A DNA stretch of 62,002 nucleotides, filler included, from Dugesia japonica (lineage: Eukaryota), in the NCBI GenBank assembly GCA_001938525.1. It is 5 parts of 5 records of this genome, joined end to end, with 100 filler letters (N's around TTAATTAATTAA, not from the genome) between each part and the next. Parts side by side here need not be neighbours in the genome. Positions count along the whole stretch, not along the records: positions 26,258 to 39,208 come from MQRL01548505.1; 4 more parts are not named here. The stretch is one strand, 5' to 3'. The position numbers and the translations under genes are program-made. Shown here piece by piece: positions 26,519-39,024 of this stretch (positions are counted from its first letter, which is position 1; each line of letters begins with the position of its first letter). The notes under the pieces are model-generated. The model was not told the DNA's origin, did not search any database, and saw only the letters and a list, made by a program, of their open reading frames with translations.

Positions 26519-27204
26519 CTGAACATTTGGAGATTGTTGTTCAACATTATCATCATTGTAAGAGATTAATTCACTAACATCATCATCAATAATTTTACTT
26601 TGGCATTTTTGCATAATATCATCAAGACATTTCATTTCCCAAGTGTATGTTCCTTCTTTAAATAAATTTATTTTATATTTTTCATCTATAATTGAATCAT
26701 TATTGCTTTCCAATTTAAGAGTAGCCATTAACTCTTTCTCTAAGTCAGCCAATTGTATTTCTCCTTCATTATAGGAGTTGATAAATTTACTAAGACTTTT
26801 TATTGTTTTTTCAAAGATAACTTTTAAATTCATTGATTTGAGGGGTTTGCTTTGTGAAGTGTCAGATTCAATATCTGATATTATATCAGTTTCATTATTT
26901 GTAACCGATTTCATGGTAGTTGTAAATACTTTTTCCGTACAACATCCAATCTCCGAGGTGTCAGGCTGTTTTAAATAAATTTAATAATAAAAATTAAAAT
27001 AATAATAATAATAAAATTAAATATATTCAAAATNNNNNNNNNNNNNNNNNNNNNNNNNNNNNNNNNNNNNNNNNNNNNNNNNNNNNNNNNNNNNNNNNNN
27101 NNNNNNNNNNNNNNNNNNNNNNNNNNNNNNNNNNNNNNNNNNNNNNNNNNNNNNNNNNNNNNNNNNNNNNNNNNNNNNNNNNNNNNNNNNNNNNNNNNNN
27201 NNNN

Positions 27205-27270
<66 letters not shown>

Positions 27271-27434
27271 TTATTAATGTATAATATAGAGAAATTAATT
27301 ACTGTTAAATAAGTATCAAATTATTTAATATTTGTTACAAATTTATTCATAGATAAATAACATTAATTAAAATTGTTAGGTAATTCTTCAATTGATAATT
27401 TATCTTCTAAATCAGAAAAATTCATTTCAGACAT
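26519..27434 (-). pseudogene. Two-exon fragment of an unknown host-like gene (exons 27434-27303 and 26965-26519)
   Basis: Exon 1 reads MSEMNFSDLEDKLSIEELPNN... (44 codons, two TAA stops, donor gtaatt). Exon 2 is 149 open codons with cag/gtttga boundaries; phases are compatible (0). Confidence 0.55.
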
Positions 27435-27449
27435 TTTATTTCAAAATCA

Positions 27450-29123
27450 CAACTTTAAATCTCACAACTTATAATGTTCGTCTTGTCTAGGCAATGGTAT
27501 AAAAAACAGATATTTACTGAACTGGTATATTATTCCGAGTATGTATTTTTTTCATTCACTTGTTTCTCGCAATAGCCCACATATACATGTGAATAAGTTT
27601 TCAAACAAATTGGTAGCTTCTAGTCTCTTTGTCTTCTCTTTAGTTGCTGTTGTCATTACTTTGGTCTTCTGACAAATTTCACAACTACAAACTATCTTCT
27701 GTATTTGGCTCTACAAATTCTTCGCAATGTATTTGTCTCTCATATATTCGTACACCTTTTCAACTAATAATTTTCGACATAATAATTTGTGTATTTTTTC
27801 TATTGTTCCACGTATTTTGTCATCCGAAATTTGAATGTTCTTGATTATGTTTAATTGATTCTCCTTTTATTTTTCAATTGCGTTCAGTACTCTTGTNTTA
27901 ATCTTCCTTTTCTTGGCATCTTCATGTGACATTTGACATTGTACACATACTTCAAATAACATATCTGCATTACCATGTTGAATTTCTTTCCCATATTTCC
28001 ACATCATGTCTAGACTACTTAGATAATTAATCTGGAATTGTGACGTAATTAGTTTCTTCGTCGCCATCATGAAAGTTAAAGCTTTATGATCTATTCTAAG
28101 CGTAAATCTTCTACCCTACAAATAATGTTTGAAATGCATACAGAAATAATAAGCACTCTTTTCGTATCATGCAACATCCCTTTTCATTACTCGTCATTGA
28201 GTAATATTGCGTATATTCATAGGCAACAACTCTTTTTCTTTTATCATGGCTTTTTTAGTTCCACCTACCACTTTTGTCATCATCTCCTGAAATGTTCCCA
28301 GTGCCGCTGCGATCCTGAACGACATTCTATTAAAACAATTGTCCGTTCTTCATTGAAAATTTAGTATTTTCTTGAGATTCTTCTTCGAGTTCTACCTGAT
28401 AGTACGCCTTTTCCAAATCTATTGAACTGAAATATTTTGCTCCATCTAACTTGTCAAACATTTCATCAACGTTAGGTATCGGAAAGCCTTGTCTTTTTGT
28501 TACTGCATTCAATTGCCTGAAATCCAAGCATATTTTTATATCTTTCTTTTCTTTTTTCCAAACAAAAATCATACATTGCGAGTTGCATTTCCGGATAATA
28601 TTATTTTCAAACAGGTTCTGGATAGCTTTTTCAATTTTAGCTTCTAAGTTCATGGGTTGTTTATATGGTTTAACGTTCACTGGTTCACCACTTGTAATTA
28701 TATTGTGTTTTATCAAATGTGTGCATTTTACATCCTATTTATTTGCCATGAAAACAACCTCCTTATTTCCAATTATCTTCAATAACCATGCATGGTCTTG
28801 AATCTTCAGAATACTTAAAGCTCTTGTTAATCGCTCTCTCTTTTTAATTTGTCTTCAAAATCTTGCTTCAATATTACAAATGTAATTTTCGAATTTTTCA
28901 TTAGTTTTAATGTCCACTTTTCGTACAAGCTGGTATCCAAAGGTCTTCTACATATCTATTCATCCGATCAGATCTGGTGTCACTCTTTCTGTAACTAAGA
29001 AAGTAACCTCTTTGTAAACGTCATCAATTGTCACTCCAGTTCTAACTTTTCCAGCAATTTCAAGTGTTATATCGTTTGCACACGGCAATCTTTCATCGCT
29101 CATTTCTAAATGCAGTTCTCGTA
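27450..29123 (-). mobile_element. Gypsy pol fragment (end of protease, RT, RNase H, start of integrase)
   Basis: RT ORF 28330-28716 (CLDFRQLNAVT, YFSSIDLEKAYYQV); RNase H end HGNADML; same family as 23.7-24.9 kb (shared RELHLxMxDERLxCAN). Confidence 0.9.
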
Positions 29124-29419
29124 CTTCTAAATCAGAAAAATTAATTTCAGACATTTTATTTCAAAATCAAAACTAGAAAAATATTATAATTTTTTCTGTA
29201 ATAGAAACTAAAAAGTCATTTAATTTAATTTCAACAATTTCTATTGATTGAAATTTTTTAATTATTTTCTAATTTTTTAAATTTTCCTTATAAAAATAGT
29301 TAGATTGTTTTTTTATTTTTGTTTTTGTTGTGAAATTTAACCGTATTCATTTACAATGAATTGATTTAGAAATTTGTTAAATGCGCCAATTTTTTCATAA
29401 TATAAATACAAACAAACTA

Positions 29420-30150
29420 TTGAATATATCCTTTAACGTTATGCGATTTAAGATGATTTTCACTATTGTTTCAAAATTTTAATTTTAACTTTTATATTAA
29501 ATTTAAAAAATTTTTTTCTTAAATTTTTTCCGAAATTACTTTTCATGCACATATTGTACTTGGGAAATGAAGCTGGCTTAGAAGGTGACCTCAGATCCGA
29601 TGATATTGGTGAACTTCTTAATTCCATGAGGAATTAACAATAGTATATTTAATGGAAGCATGTGATGTGCCAATTAATTTTAAAAAATGATGAACCCAAT
29701 ATGTAATGAAAGACCAAAAGGAATCGTTAAACCGAATTACAATAGCTATCGTAAAGATAATTGAAATTGATCAGGATTATGAAACAAAGAAGCGCAAAAT
29801 TAATGAAGCATTATTTGTCTACCACGAATTTATTAAGGAAGAAAGTAAAAATGCACAACAAACCAAGTTCGAAAAATTTTACAAAAAAACTTCAAGTTGT
29901 TTGTTTTGAATCAAGTATTTTTATAACCAAAATTATTAATTATTTATGTAAGATTGAAGTCTATTTATGTTTATTAAATTTTATCTTTTGTTATTTATGC
30001 ATTTCTAAGTTATTTGTTAAATTAATTTCCTAAAATGTACTAAATTATATTTATTTTTCACCGATTCAATACTTTTTCAGAGTTTGAACCCCGTTTAACG
30101 TTATGAGAATTTGGAACGCATCCTTCACGTTAAACGAATATAACTTTATT
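29420..30150 (+). mobile_element. pogo/Tigger-like DNA transposon remnant
   Basis: Transposase C-terminal QQTKFEKFY (ORF 29706-29909); repeated subterminal motif TTTAACGTTATG at ~29432 and ~30094. Confidence 0.45.
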
Positions 30151-30479
30151 GTTAAAATTAATATGTTTTTATCAAAAAATATTATAAAATAAATAATAAT
30201 ACAATTAATTATAATTTATTATAATATACAGAGTTTGTACCCACATTTTGAATTTTGTAAATAAGTTTCATATTTTCGTAAATGAATTTAAAATGATTAT
30301 TAACTTTACAAACCTTTAAATGATTTCAAAAGATATAAGAAGGAAAATCGATTCATATTTAAATGGGCACCCAAAAAAAAGAAATTTCTTCCATATTCAT
30401 TATTTCTTTATTAACAATATATTGAATTATTAACATCTATTTAAATAATAAAAATGGTTTACTAAAATATCCAGTAAAT

Positions 30480-30930
30480 CCCTTAAATTTTAAAATTGTA
30501 AGTGCGTTACGTAATAAGTCTAGGACTTCTGATGTATTAGTTTCTAATCTTATTTATAAATATGAGTGTAATGCCTCATACATTGGAGGGACTTCTCATC
30601 ATCAGGAACCTGGTTGGTTAGTTTGTCGCAGTAATGTTGCAAAACACAATATTCATTGTTAATTAGTTATAAATATTGATAATTTCAAAATTTTGTGAAG
30701 AAATTTTAAATATTATTTGGAAGCAATCCTTTGCGAAGCATTGATGATTAGATCATATGATACAAAAATTAATGTTTATGCTGGTGTTTCTTAATCTTTA
30801 TTGATTGTATTTAATTAATTTGAATTTTAGTGAGACTTTTATATAATCAATTGCATAATTCGGAAATTTACTCTATTCGTAGTTTTACACAGTATACCTG
30901 AAGATGAAACTGTTGAAACTTGTGCTGAAG
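30480..30930 (+). mobile_element. Penelope-like element 3' remnant (GIY-YIG endonuclease)
   Basis: NLIYKYECNASYIGGT...SNVAKH...NFKIL...CEALMIRSYDTKIN, followed by a degenerate CTGAAGA...GAAA motif at ~30898. Confidence 0.75.
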
Positions 30931-31322
30931 AAATATTTAACTAAATGGTGTGTTAAGTTATTTATGAAAAGATTACCATTAATTTTTAACTTTTCGAATA
31001 TTATATGTTTATCTTTTATACTTACATCTAAACTGTATCTGTTTAATAACTTATTTGTGTATTTGTATTTCTGACTTCTTATACTTATTCATTTTTAGTA
31101 AATTGGTTATTTTATTGTTATAAATTTACGAAAACATTTTAATTTGTACTTTTCAAAATTAGCGTAACACTATATGATATATTTTAAAAGTGCTTANNNN
31201 NNNNNNNNNNNNNNNNNNNNNNNNNNNNNNNNNNNNNNNNNNNNNNNNNNNNNNNNNNNNNNNNNNNNNNNNNNNNNNNNNNNNNNNNNNNNNNNNNNNN
31301 NNNNNNNNAACTTAAAACTCAC

Positions 31323-31777
31323 TTTGCCAATGTCTTTTAAAGTTGATTGAAGATCTAAATTCACATTCTCTAGACATTTTACTTGAAGTGACAAATTGCT
31401 TAACTGTCTAAAGTGGAAAAAAGAAATAAAAAGAATCCAAATTAAAAAAAAAGAACGTAAATTTATACATGATTTTTATTGATTTAAACATTTTCTAAAA
31501 GATTATTTATAATGAATTTGTACTAAATAACACTAAATTTCATTATTAAATGGATAAATTCGACATTTAAATTTAATTTTATGTTTAATTCAAACAAATA
31601 TTTTTTAATTGGATTCATGATTTAAACAAATTAAATTCAAGAAAAGTCTTAAAACAAGCATAAATTTCATGTAAATGTTTTTTTATTACCTTTTACTCAT
31701 TAATTTATTTCCTTTACATTCTAAGCACTCTAAATTAACTTGAGTTTCGTCATCTTTAGAAAATTTTACGCTAGAAT
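31323..31777 (-). CDS. Two small phase-compatible exons of an unknown gene (31777-31690 and 31407-31323)
   Basis: Boundaries cag/gtaata and tag/gtgagt; spliced peptide SSVKFSKDDETQVNLECLECKGNKLMSKR-QLSNLSLQVKCLENVNLDLQSTLKDIGK has no stops. Confidence 0.5.
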
Positions 31778-34700
31778 CTGAAATATGATAAAAAAAATTA
31801 ATGTAAATAAGTAAATAATCAAGATTTAATGAATAAAAAATAATTAAATAGCTTATATTAAAAAAATGTTGAAATGTAGAACAAGATTTTTTTCTGACAA
31901 AATATCTGCAGCATGTTGAAAAAATTACAGAAATATAATTAACGACAAACATTTGGTTTTATTAACAATATTTTCTTTTAATAAAAGCTAGATAAAACTG
32001 TTTTGTTCTTCAATTTTAATTCACAGGGTAAAAAAATTGTTATTCAATTGGTCGTCTTCACAAAAATATTATTATTTTAATACACCGCAATCAAATGAAA
32101 GTTGCAAAATATTTAAGATAGCAAATTAAACAAATATTTTTATTATAAAAATTAAAGTACATATCTACTTATTTTAAACGTCGATCACTACTGTGGTGGC
32201 CAGAATGAACCAATGCTGAAATTGTCCAAATATTAAAGGCGTCTGGAGAANNNNNNNNNNNNNNNNNNNNNNNNNNNNNNNNNNNNNNNNNNNNNNNNNN
32301 NNNNNNNNNNNNNNNNNNNNNNNNNNNNNNNNNNNNNNNNNNNNNNNNNNNNNNNNNNNNNNNNNNNNNNNNNAATTAAAATTGAAGTACCAACTTTTTT
32401 TTATTATCATAGGAAGATATCTCCATGCGTAGAATTTTAACACTTCTTTAGAATCTTCATAAATACAATCAATGTAACAATAGTTAAAATTATGAACCTT
32501 TCAGGGAAACATACTGGATTAAGAAGCACACATTTCCCGAAAAGCGTGAATTGGAATTTGAAAATTCAAAAATTGGAAAAAGATGGCAATAAGAATATTT
32601 GTGAACAAAGTAACAAGTTAAATAGATTTAATTTTCTTTCAATCAATGAGAATGTGAAACAAAAGAAGAAAATGTTGAAGATGAATTGAAAACGGTATCA
32701 ATATATCAAGTGCAACTAATAAAATATTAAATTATTAGAAATATTGATGTAAATTTAAATAATTCCTAAGATACTCTCTGCCAAAGAAATTCAATAAAAG
32801 ACAANAAAACAACAATGAAAATCAATTATGTAAAAACGAAAGTAAGCAAAACGAGAATGAATAATCAAAAGTTACAACAAATCAAAATGAAACGATATAA
32901 TCATTTAATGAACACTCCATTTTTAAGATAAAAAGTAAACAATACGAAATTATTAATGAAGATAAAAATCCTGCTACTGGAGTAAAAATTGAGAAATATA
33001 ATACTTTCAAAAAGAACTATCGTGTAAAATGTAGAGGAACCAATGCAAATGAAACTTTGTTAAGAAAAGCAGAAGCTGAGAAACATGAACAACTAAATAA
33101 TATTAACGAAAATATTCAAGAGTTTACTGAAAACTTATCGAAAATGAAAATTTAATTAAANNNNNNNNNNNNNNNNNNNNNNNNNNNNNNNNNNNNNNNN
33201 NNNNNNNNNNNNNNNNNNNNNNNNNNNNNNNNNNNNNNNNNNNNNNNNNNNNNNNNNNNNNNNNNNNNNNNNNNNAAAGATAAAATTAAAGATAGAATTA
33301 AAAATCAAATAATTTAGAAAGAATGGGCAAACCGACAACCATGAAGACTTCAACAGGTAAATTAATATTAAATATCACCATTAATAAAAGTTAATCAGTA
33401 TTGGAAACGTAAATTAAAAATTATTAATGACAAAATTGAATCAAGAAATAAATTCATATTGTATTTAATAAACCGCTTTTTAAGAGCAATATTGACAACA
33501 AAAGTAAAGAAAAGTATAAATAATTTTAAAAAAGGCAGATAAAAAATTTACTTAAAATTTATATACATACTATACACAATTTTATAATACCCAAAATCGA
33601 GTGTTCAATTATAATTAATAATCAAAATGTTAGGTACTCAAGAAAACTATGTAATTCTGTCTGTATATATATTAGTAAAAACATTAAATACCTATTTACA
33701 ATTGCAATTTCGATGTATCCATAGCCCTAAAAATCTTAATGAAACCACTCCAGAAACGAAAAGAGACCGTTTCCAAAATTTACTATTACTCCAAAATTTT
33801 AATATTAAGAATTGAAACGATATTAAAAGCGGGTAGATTTATAAGTACTGATAAAAGAGGCAACGTTATCGGCATCGCAATACTCCATATATTCCACAAT
33901 ATGTACAGAGCACTTTCAACGAAATCACAATAAATTAAATTTTTTTGTTAGTTAGATCACTTTAGATAACGATACTGAAACTATTTCTTATATCAATACT
34001 ATGAAGAGTCTATAGAGCCCACGACTATATCAAATTTATTTCTGTTACAGGAACATTAAAATCAAACAAGCAAAATCAAAATTCATGTGAACGTGCAGAA
34101 CACATACATGCAAAGTTTAGATCCAAATACTCAAATAAAATAATTGAATAAAAGTTAAATATTTGTAAAAATCTCTTTAATTATTTATAGTTTTCATTTT
34201 TCGGATAATGAACAACGAAGAACCCCATATGAATTGCATACATAAGACATGCAATATCATACTTTAGGAAAGATCTCGCTATAATATTTACTTATATAGC
34301 ATGTCCTAGCGATTTATAGCTAAATTTATTATGTATACCATTGACAACCCGATATGCCTAATTTTCTGGGACAACCTTTCATGTCAAATTCTGTGACCAC
34401 CATTTCTGTTTCATTTATATCTTTCTTCTTTTGTAAATATCCGAATCTGTATATTTTCATTCCTTGTCAAAGGAGAGGAAGCAGCTTTTGAAATCAGAAA
34501 TAAAATCAACACCAAAAAAATGTATATATACATATAAAAAATACATATGCACACACAGTAATAAGAAATACAAATATTAATCTATCAAACAAAAGCCAAA
34601 AGTCTAGCTGAAGGATTCCGATTACCCAATTGGTTAAATTATTCAGTTAATCAATAATTAATCAATATCCATTCAGTTATTACACAACAAATAACATCTA

Positions 34701-35674
34701 ACAATGCCACAACATTCTTGTGATCTAATTATTTGATATATGGACAACTTGTTTGACTTTGTAATAAGCTAATAACATTTTTTCTGAAGCTCATTTTAAA
34801 AAATTTTGTATATATTTTATTTATTTTTTTATTGTATTTTGTTGCATAAACGATTTTCTAGTCTTCCACAGACTATAACTACATGTCTTTTTACTCTCTA
34901 CTGGGGAAAAATTTCTTCCATTGGTGATGACGTTTATTATTATCATTTATTCTTTTCTTCCTGGTGACTCACTTTCCTGATTACCTGCTAATTCCTCGTT
35001 GGCTTGCATACCGTTTCATTTTTCGGCCATTTTTCTTTGATCATGGACTCTTTCTTTCGTTTCCTAATCATTTTAATTCTACTGTTTTTTTACTTGTCAT
35101 TATGTTATTTTATACTTTTGTTATTTTTTCTCGTTTTTCTGAGAACGTCATTAAGAATATGGTAGTGCACTGTAATATGTCGTTCCGGAGTGAGAAGGGT
35201 CTATTTTCATTATCATTCAACCAGATTGCTAGAAAAAACGATCTTCTCGCTGTTATTTATTCTGGTTTTTATCAAGCCGATGAGTCATTTTTTGTCTACC
35301 ATGCGTTTATAAATTATTTGTAAATAATGTTTTGTAAAATCAAATTTTGTTTTGAATTTTTCGTTTTGCAGTTTGAAAATTTATATTTTATTTTGAAATT
35401 TTCATTTTATTTTTAATGAAACTATTTTACCAGAGCAGACTTCGACTCAAAACCGTTTCAAAGTAATTTCTCTACACTTGATTTTCAACAATATGTCTCA
35501 ATAAAATACTATGTAAATTTCATGAAATTAGTGTATTTGTACGAAATGGATGTATGTTTTAATATAACTAATGTATTTTACTTATTAAAATTTATTTATA
35601 TTTGTATAAAGTTTTGTATAATTGTATATATTTAACTAAATTATTTTTTTCGAAAAAAAATATTTATTAAAAAT

Positions 35675-35812
35675 TTTTTCATAAGCAAAAATCAAATAAG
35701 ATGTTCTTCATAAAGAACTATTCCTATGCCTATTGATGAAGGCATAGCTGAAATATTGAACAATATATGAAAAAAGAAGAAAATTTTATTTGATTTTTGC
35801 TTATGAAACAAA
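35675..35812. repeat. Inverted repeat with a degenerate hammerhead-like centre
   Basis: Arms TTTCATAAGCAAAAATCAAATAA / TTATTTGATTTTTGCTTATGAAA; centre TTGATGA-A-GGC-ATA-GCT-GAAA-TAT. Confidence 0.65.
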
Positions 35813-36089
35813 TTTATAATAAAAAATTTTCTTACGTAAAAATTTTAGTTATTTTCCAGATCAATAGTCAGAATTTTATAAAAAATATTTAAATATTTAG
35901 AATTTTTAAGAAATTGAAATTTTAAAAAAAAGATTTAATGTGTATATTTGTATAAAANNNNNNNNNNNNNNNNNNNNNNNNNNNNNNNNNNNNNNNNNNN
36001 NNNNNNNTTTATATAACTCTTAATGAACTCATTGTATTTGTGTTCACGAAATTTATATCTTTTTATAGTTTAATGACAATAGTGTATAC

Positions 36090-36412
36090 CAGGAGTGCAC
36101 AATCTTTTTTCTAGATGGGCAACATCATCAGATTAAATCAATGCAACGGGGCATGCATGAAAAACTTTCGAGCCGAAGGTTGTGCATCACTGATATTATA
36201 GGTACTATGATATACTATATAACTTCAAAAATGTAATAAACACCGTTAAAGTGTCATTTTGCAGCTAGTATTTTGGAGGAGATCGTTGCGAATCCGTGAA
36301 ATATTGGTTGTATAGAATTATATTTCCATAAAAAACACATTTTGGATTTTTCATGGACTGAAGTCGCGGACTGCATACAACATAGTTGCGTGCCGTATAT
36401 TGTGCACCACTG
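36090..36412. mobile_element. hAT-derived MITE
   Basis: TIRs CAGGAGTGCACAA (36090) and TTGTGCACCACTG (36400-36412), a further right-end copy at 36180-36192, and imperfect 8-bp flanks GTGTATAC/GAGTATAT. Confidence 0.5.
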
Positions 36413-36457
36413 GAGTATATTGTTATGGTTCAATTAAGTCTATATAATTTCTAAAAA

Positions 36458-37738
36458 TTCGCTATGATCAAAAAATACCCCGTCAACCAAATTCAAAATC
36501 CACACACAGATGCTATAGATGTAATCCTTATTTTTAATATTTGCTGCATATTTGTTTTACTACATCACCAAATTTCAGCTGAACAGATCATAATTTGAAA
36601 AAGCTGCAGTAATTTATGTAAATTAATTTTAATGTTATCTTCTATGTGTAGGATTGATGAGATAATTTGTATTAAATTCTGCGTCAAAAACCAAATTAAA
36701 CGTCCCAATACCTTGAAAATGCCACAAAAATGCTATGGCAACAATGCTTTATAAAAATCAACAACTAATGAATGGTATGTGCGATTATTAGATGGTCGTA
36801 AGACTGTCACAAATGATCCTAGATCTGGAAGACCATCAACCTAGAAGAACGACGAAAAAATCGAAGAAATAAAGTCATTGTTAATGGAAAATAGGAAATT
36901 GACTATCAGAGAGATTGTTGAAGAAACAGGAATATCATTTGGAATAGTTCAAACCATTTTACATGAGGATTTTGGATTAAAATGTGTTGCTGCAAGACTT
37001 GTTCCATGTGAAATGAACATTTTTCTAAAATTTAGTCGTGTTGAAATTTCTAACGTTGATTATGATGAAACATTTATAAAACATATAATTTCTGGTAATG
37101 AAACGTGGGTGTTTGAGTATGAAACTCAAACAAAACATCAATCAAGTCAGTGGTAGTCTTTGAAGAGCCAAAACCGAAAAACCCACGCCGTTTTCAGTCA
37201 AAAAGGAAGGTCATGCTTACCGTTTTCATCGATTACAATGGAGTTGTGCACCATGAATTTATTCAGAAAGGTCAAACAGTCAACAAGAAGTATTATCTTG
37301 GTGTTATGTGACGATTGCGTGAAGCTGTTTGTTTGAAAAGAAAAGATTTATGGAGAAACAATTCCTGAATTTTACACCATGACAATGCATCAGCTCACAA
37401 TGCGAGATTTTTTGCAAAAATTCNNNNNNNNNNNNNNNNNNNNNNNNNNNNNNNNNNNNNNNNNNNNNNNNNNNNNNNNNNNNNNNNNNAGGCTGAAAAA
37501 ATCACTTCGAGGAAAACGTTTTGAAAACCACTGAAGCGATCAAACAAAAAACGAAGGATGCATTATCGGGTATACCAAAGAAAGAGTTCCAGAAGGCATT
37601 TGAAAATTGGATTACACGCTTGTATATGTGCATTGAGGTTAATGGAGACTTCTTCAAAGGTGACAATTCAAATTGTGTTGAATAAATAGTTTGTTTCATT
37701 TTAAATTGAGTTGACCTGGTATATTTTGATCATTGCAG
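36458..37738 (+). mobile_element. Mariner transposon, near full length, inactivated
   Basis: PRSGRPS, ISGNETWVFEYE, LHHDNASAH, LKKSLRGKRF; inverted ends ATGATCAAAAAATACC / GGTATATTTTGATCAT. Confidence 0.92.
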
Positions 37739-37800
37739 TATTTTAACATAGTTTTTATATTACTTAAAGAAATCTCTATGTAAATTAATGAAATTTATAN

Positions 37801-37937
37801 ATTCATTTAATATAAAAGCTTTGATCAAAATTTTGGTTTTTTTATTGTTATTGGATAATAATTCGATATTTCGATATTGTTATCCAATATCAATAAAAAA
37901 AACCAAAATTTTGATAAAGCTTTTATATTAAATGAAT
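37801..37937. repeat. Palindrome of the same family as 38883-39079, ribozyme core lost
   Basis: Arms ATTCATTTAATATAAAAGCTTT / AAAGCTTTTATATTAAATGAAT and the same downstream tail (TAAAACGATCAAT). Confidence 0.8.
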
Positions 37938-38940
37938 TCTATAAAACGATCAATTGTTATGTCCAACAATTATTCTCGCAATAATTGCANNNNNNNNNNN
38001 NNNNNNNNNNNNNNNNNNNNNNNNNNNNNNNNNNNNNNNNNNNNGAAACGTGCATGTAAAATAATGAATTCAACAATGGTTCAATAGTGATTTCAATAGG
38101 TTGGAACTTTTGAAAAATATTTCTATCCCTCCATTGGGATTGGTGCAGTGCGGTATTATCTATCTAGTGACGTCACCATTTTATACTATTTTATTTTAAT
38201 TAACTGTTTCTCGTACTGTTTATTTTTCATTTACTTAAATATTTACTTAAAATGTTTTCTTATAATTATTGTTATTCTTTTTTGCCGCATTCTAGCACAA
38301 CACATGTTTACACTTATATTCCTTTAAATTAGTTGCACGCACCATCGAAAATATTTCCTTATAGAATCTATTATGAAAATAAAAATAAAAATTCAAATTA
38401 ATGGAAAGTGTGAAACTGTTTATGGTTGCTTTTAAAACAGATTATTAAATTAAAATTTACTATTAAAATCATTATATTCTTGTAGTTCTTTTCTTAAACC
38501 ACAGTTTTCCTTCTGAATTCGTTGAACTGTTTCTCTATTAAAAAGGTTTTATTATAATTTGTCTACAATGAAATTACATACTCAAGATTATTTAACATTT
38601 CTACTTTTTTGCAGTAAGACTTTTTCAAAACTCCAACTTCATTCTTAAAAAGTATTAAAACGATATCTGAATAAGAACATAAATTACTTCATCATTAGGG
38701 TCACATTCTAATTCACTGAGAGTATTCTCATAATTGTAACACATTAGACGCAACTGGAAATTCTCACATTTCAATTTTTGTAAATCCTAAATTAAGACTT
38801 ATGCTTTAAATGATTTTGAAAGTCAGCAAATATTGGTAAATGTTGACTACAGTGTATTTTTCAAAATTTATTCAATTATTAAATTTAAAATAAAAGCTTC
38901 AATCAAAATATTTGTTTTTTTATTAAAGATATTTGATAGC

Positions 38941-38975
38941 AATTCGATATTTCGACCTTATCTTCGTCAGGAATT
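38941..38975 (-). ncRNA. Second minimal hammerhead ribozyme (inverted copy)
   Basis: Minus strand reads AAUUC-CUGACGA-A-GAU-AAG-GUC-GAAA-UAUC-GAAUU. Confidence 0.7.
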
Positions 38976-38987
38976 TTTAAAAAAAGT

Positions 38988-39024
38988 CAATTCCTGACGA
39001 AGACAAGGTCGAAATATCGAGTTG
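38988..39024 (+). ncRNA. Minimal type I hammerhead ribozyme (Penelope-associated type)
   Basis: Stem I CAAUUC/GAGUUG, core CUGACGA plus one extra A, stem II GAC-AAG-GUC, GAAA, palindromic AUAU stem III; predicted cleavage after C39018. Confidence 0.7.

Noticed and set aside
33700-35340. Weak Penelope-, Harbinger- and pogo-like fragments
   Set aside because: Motifs are too degraded to assign families by eye.
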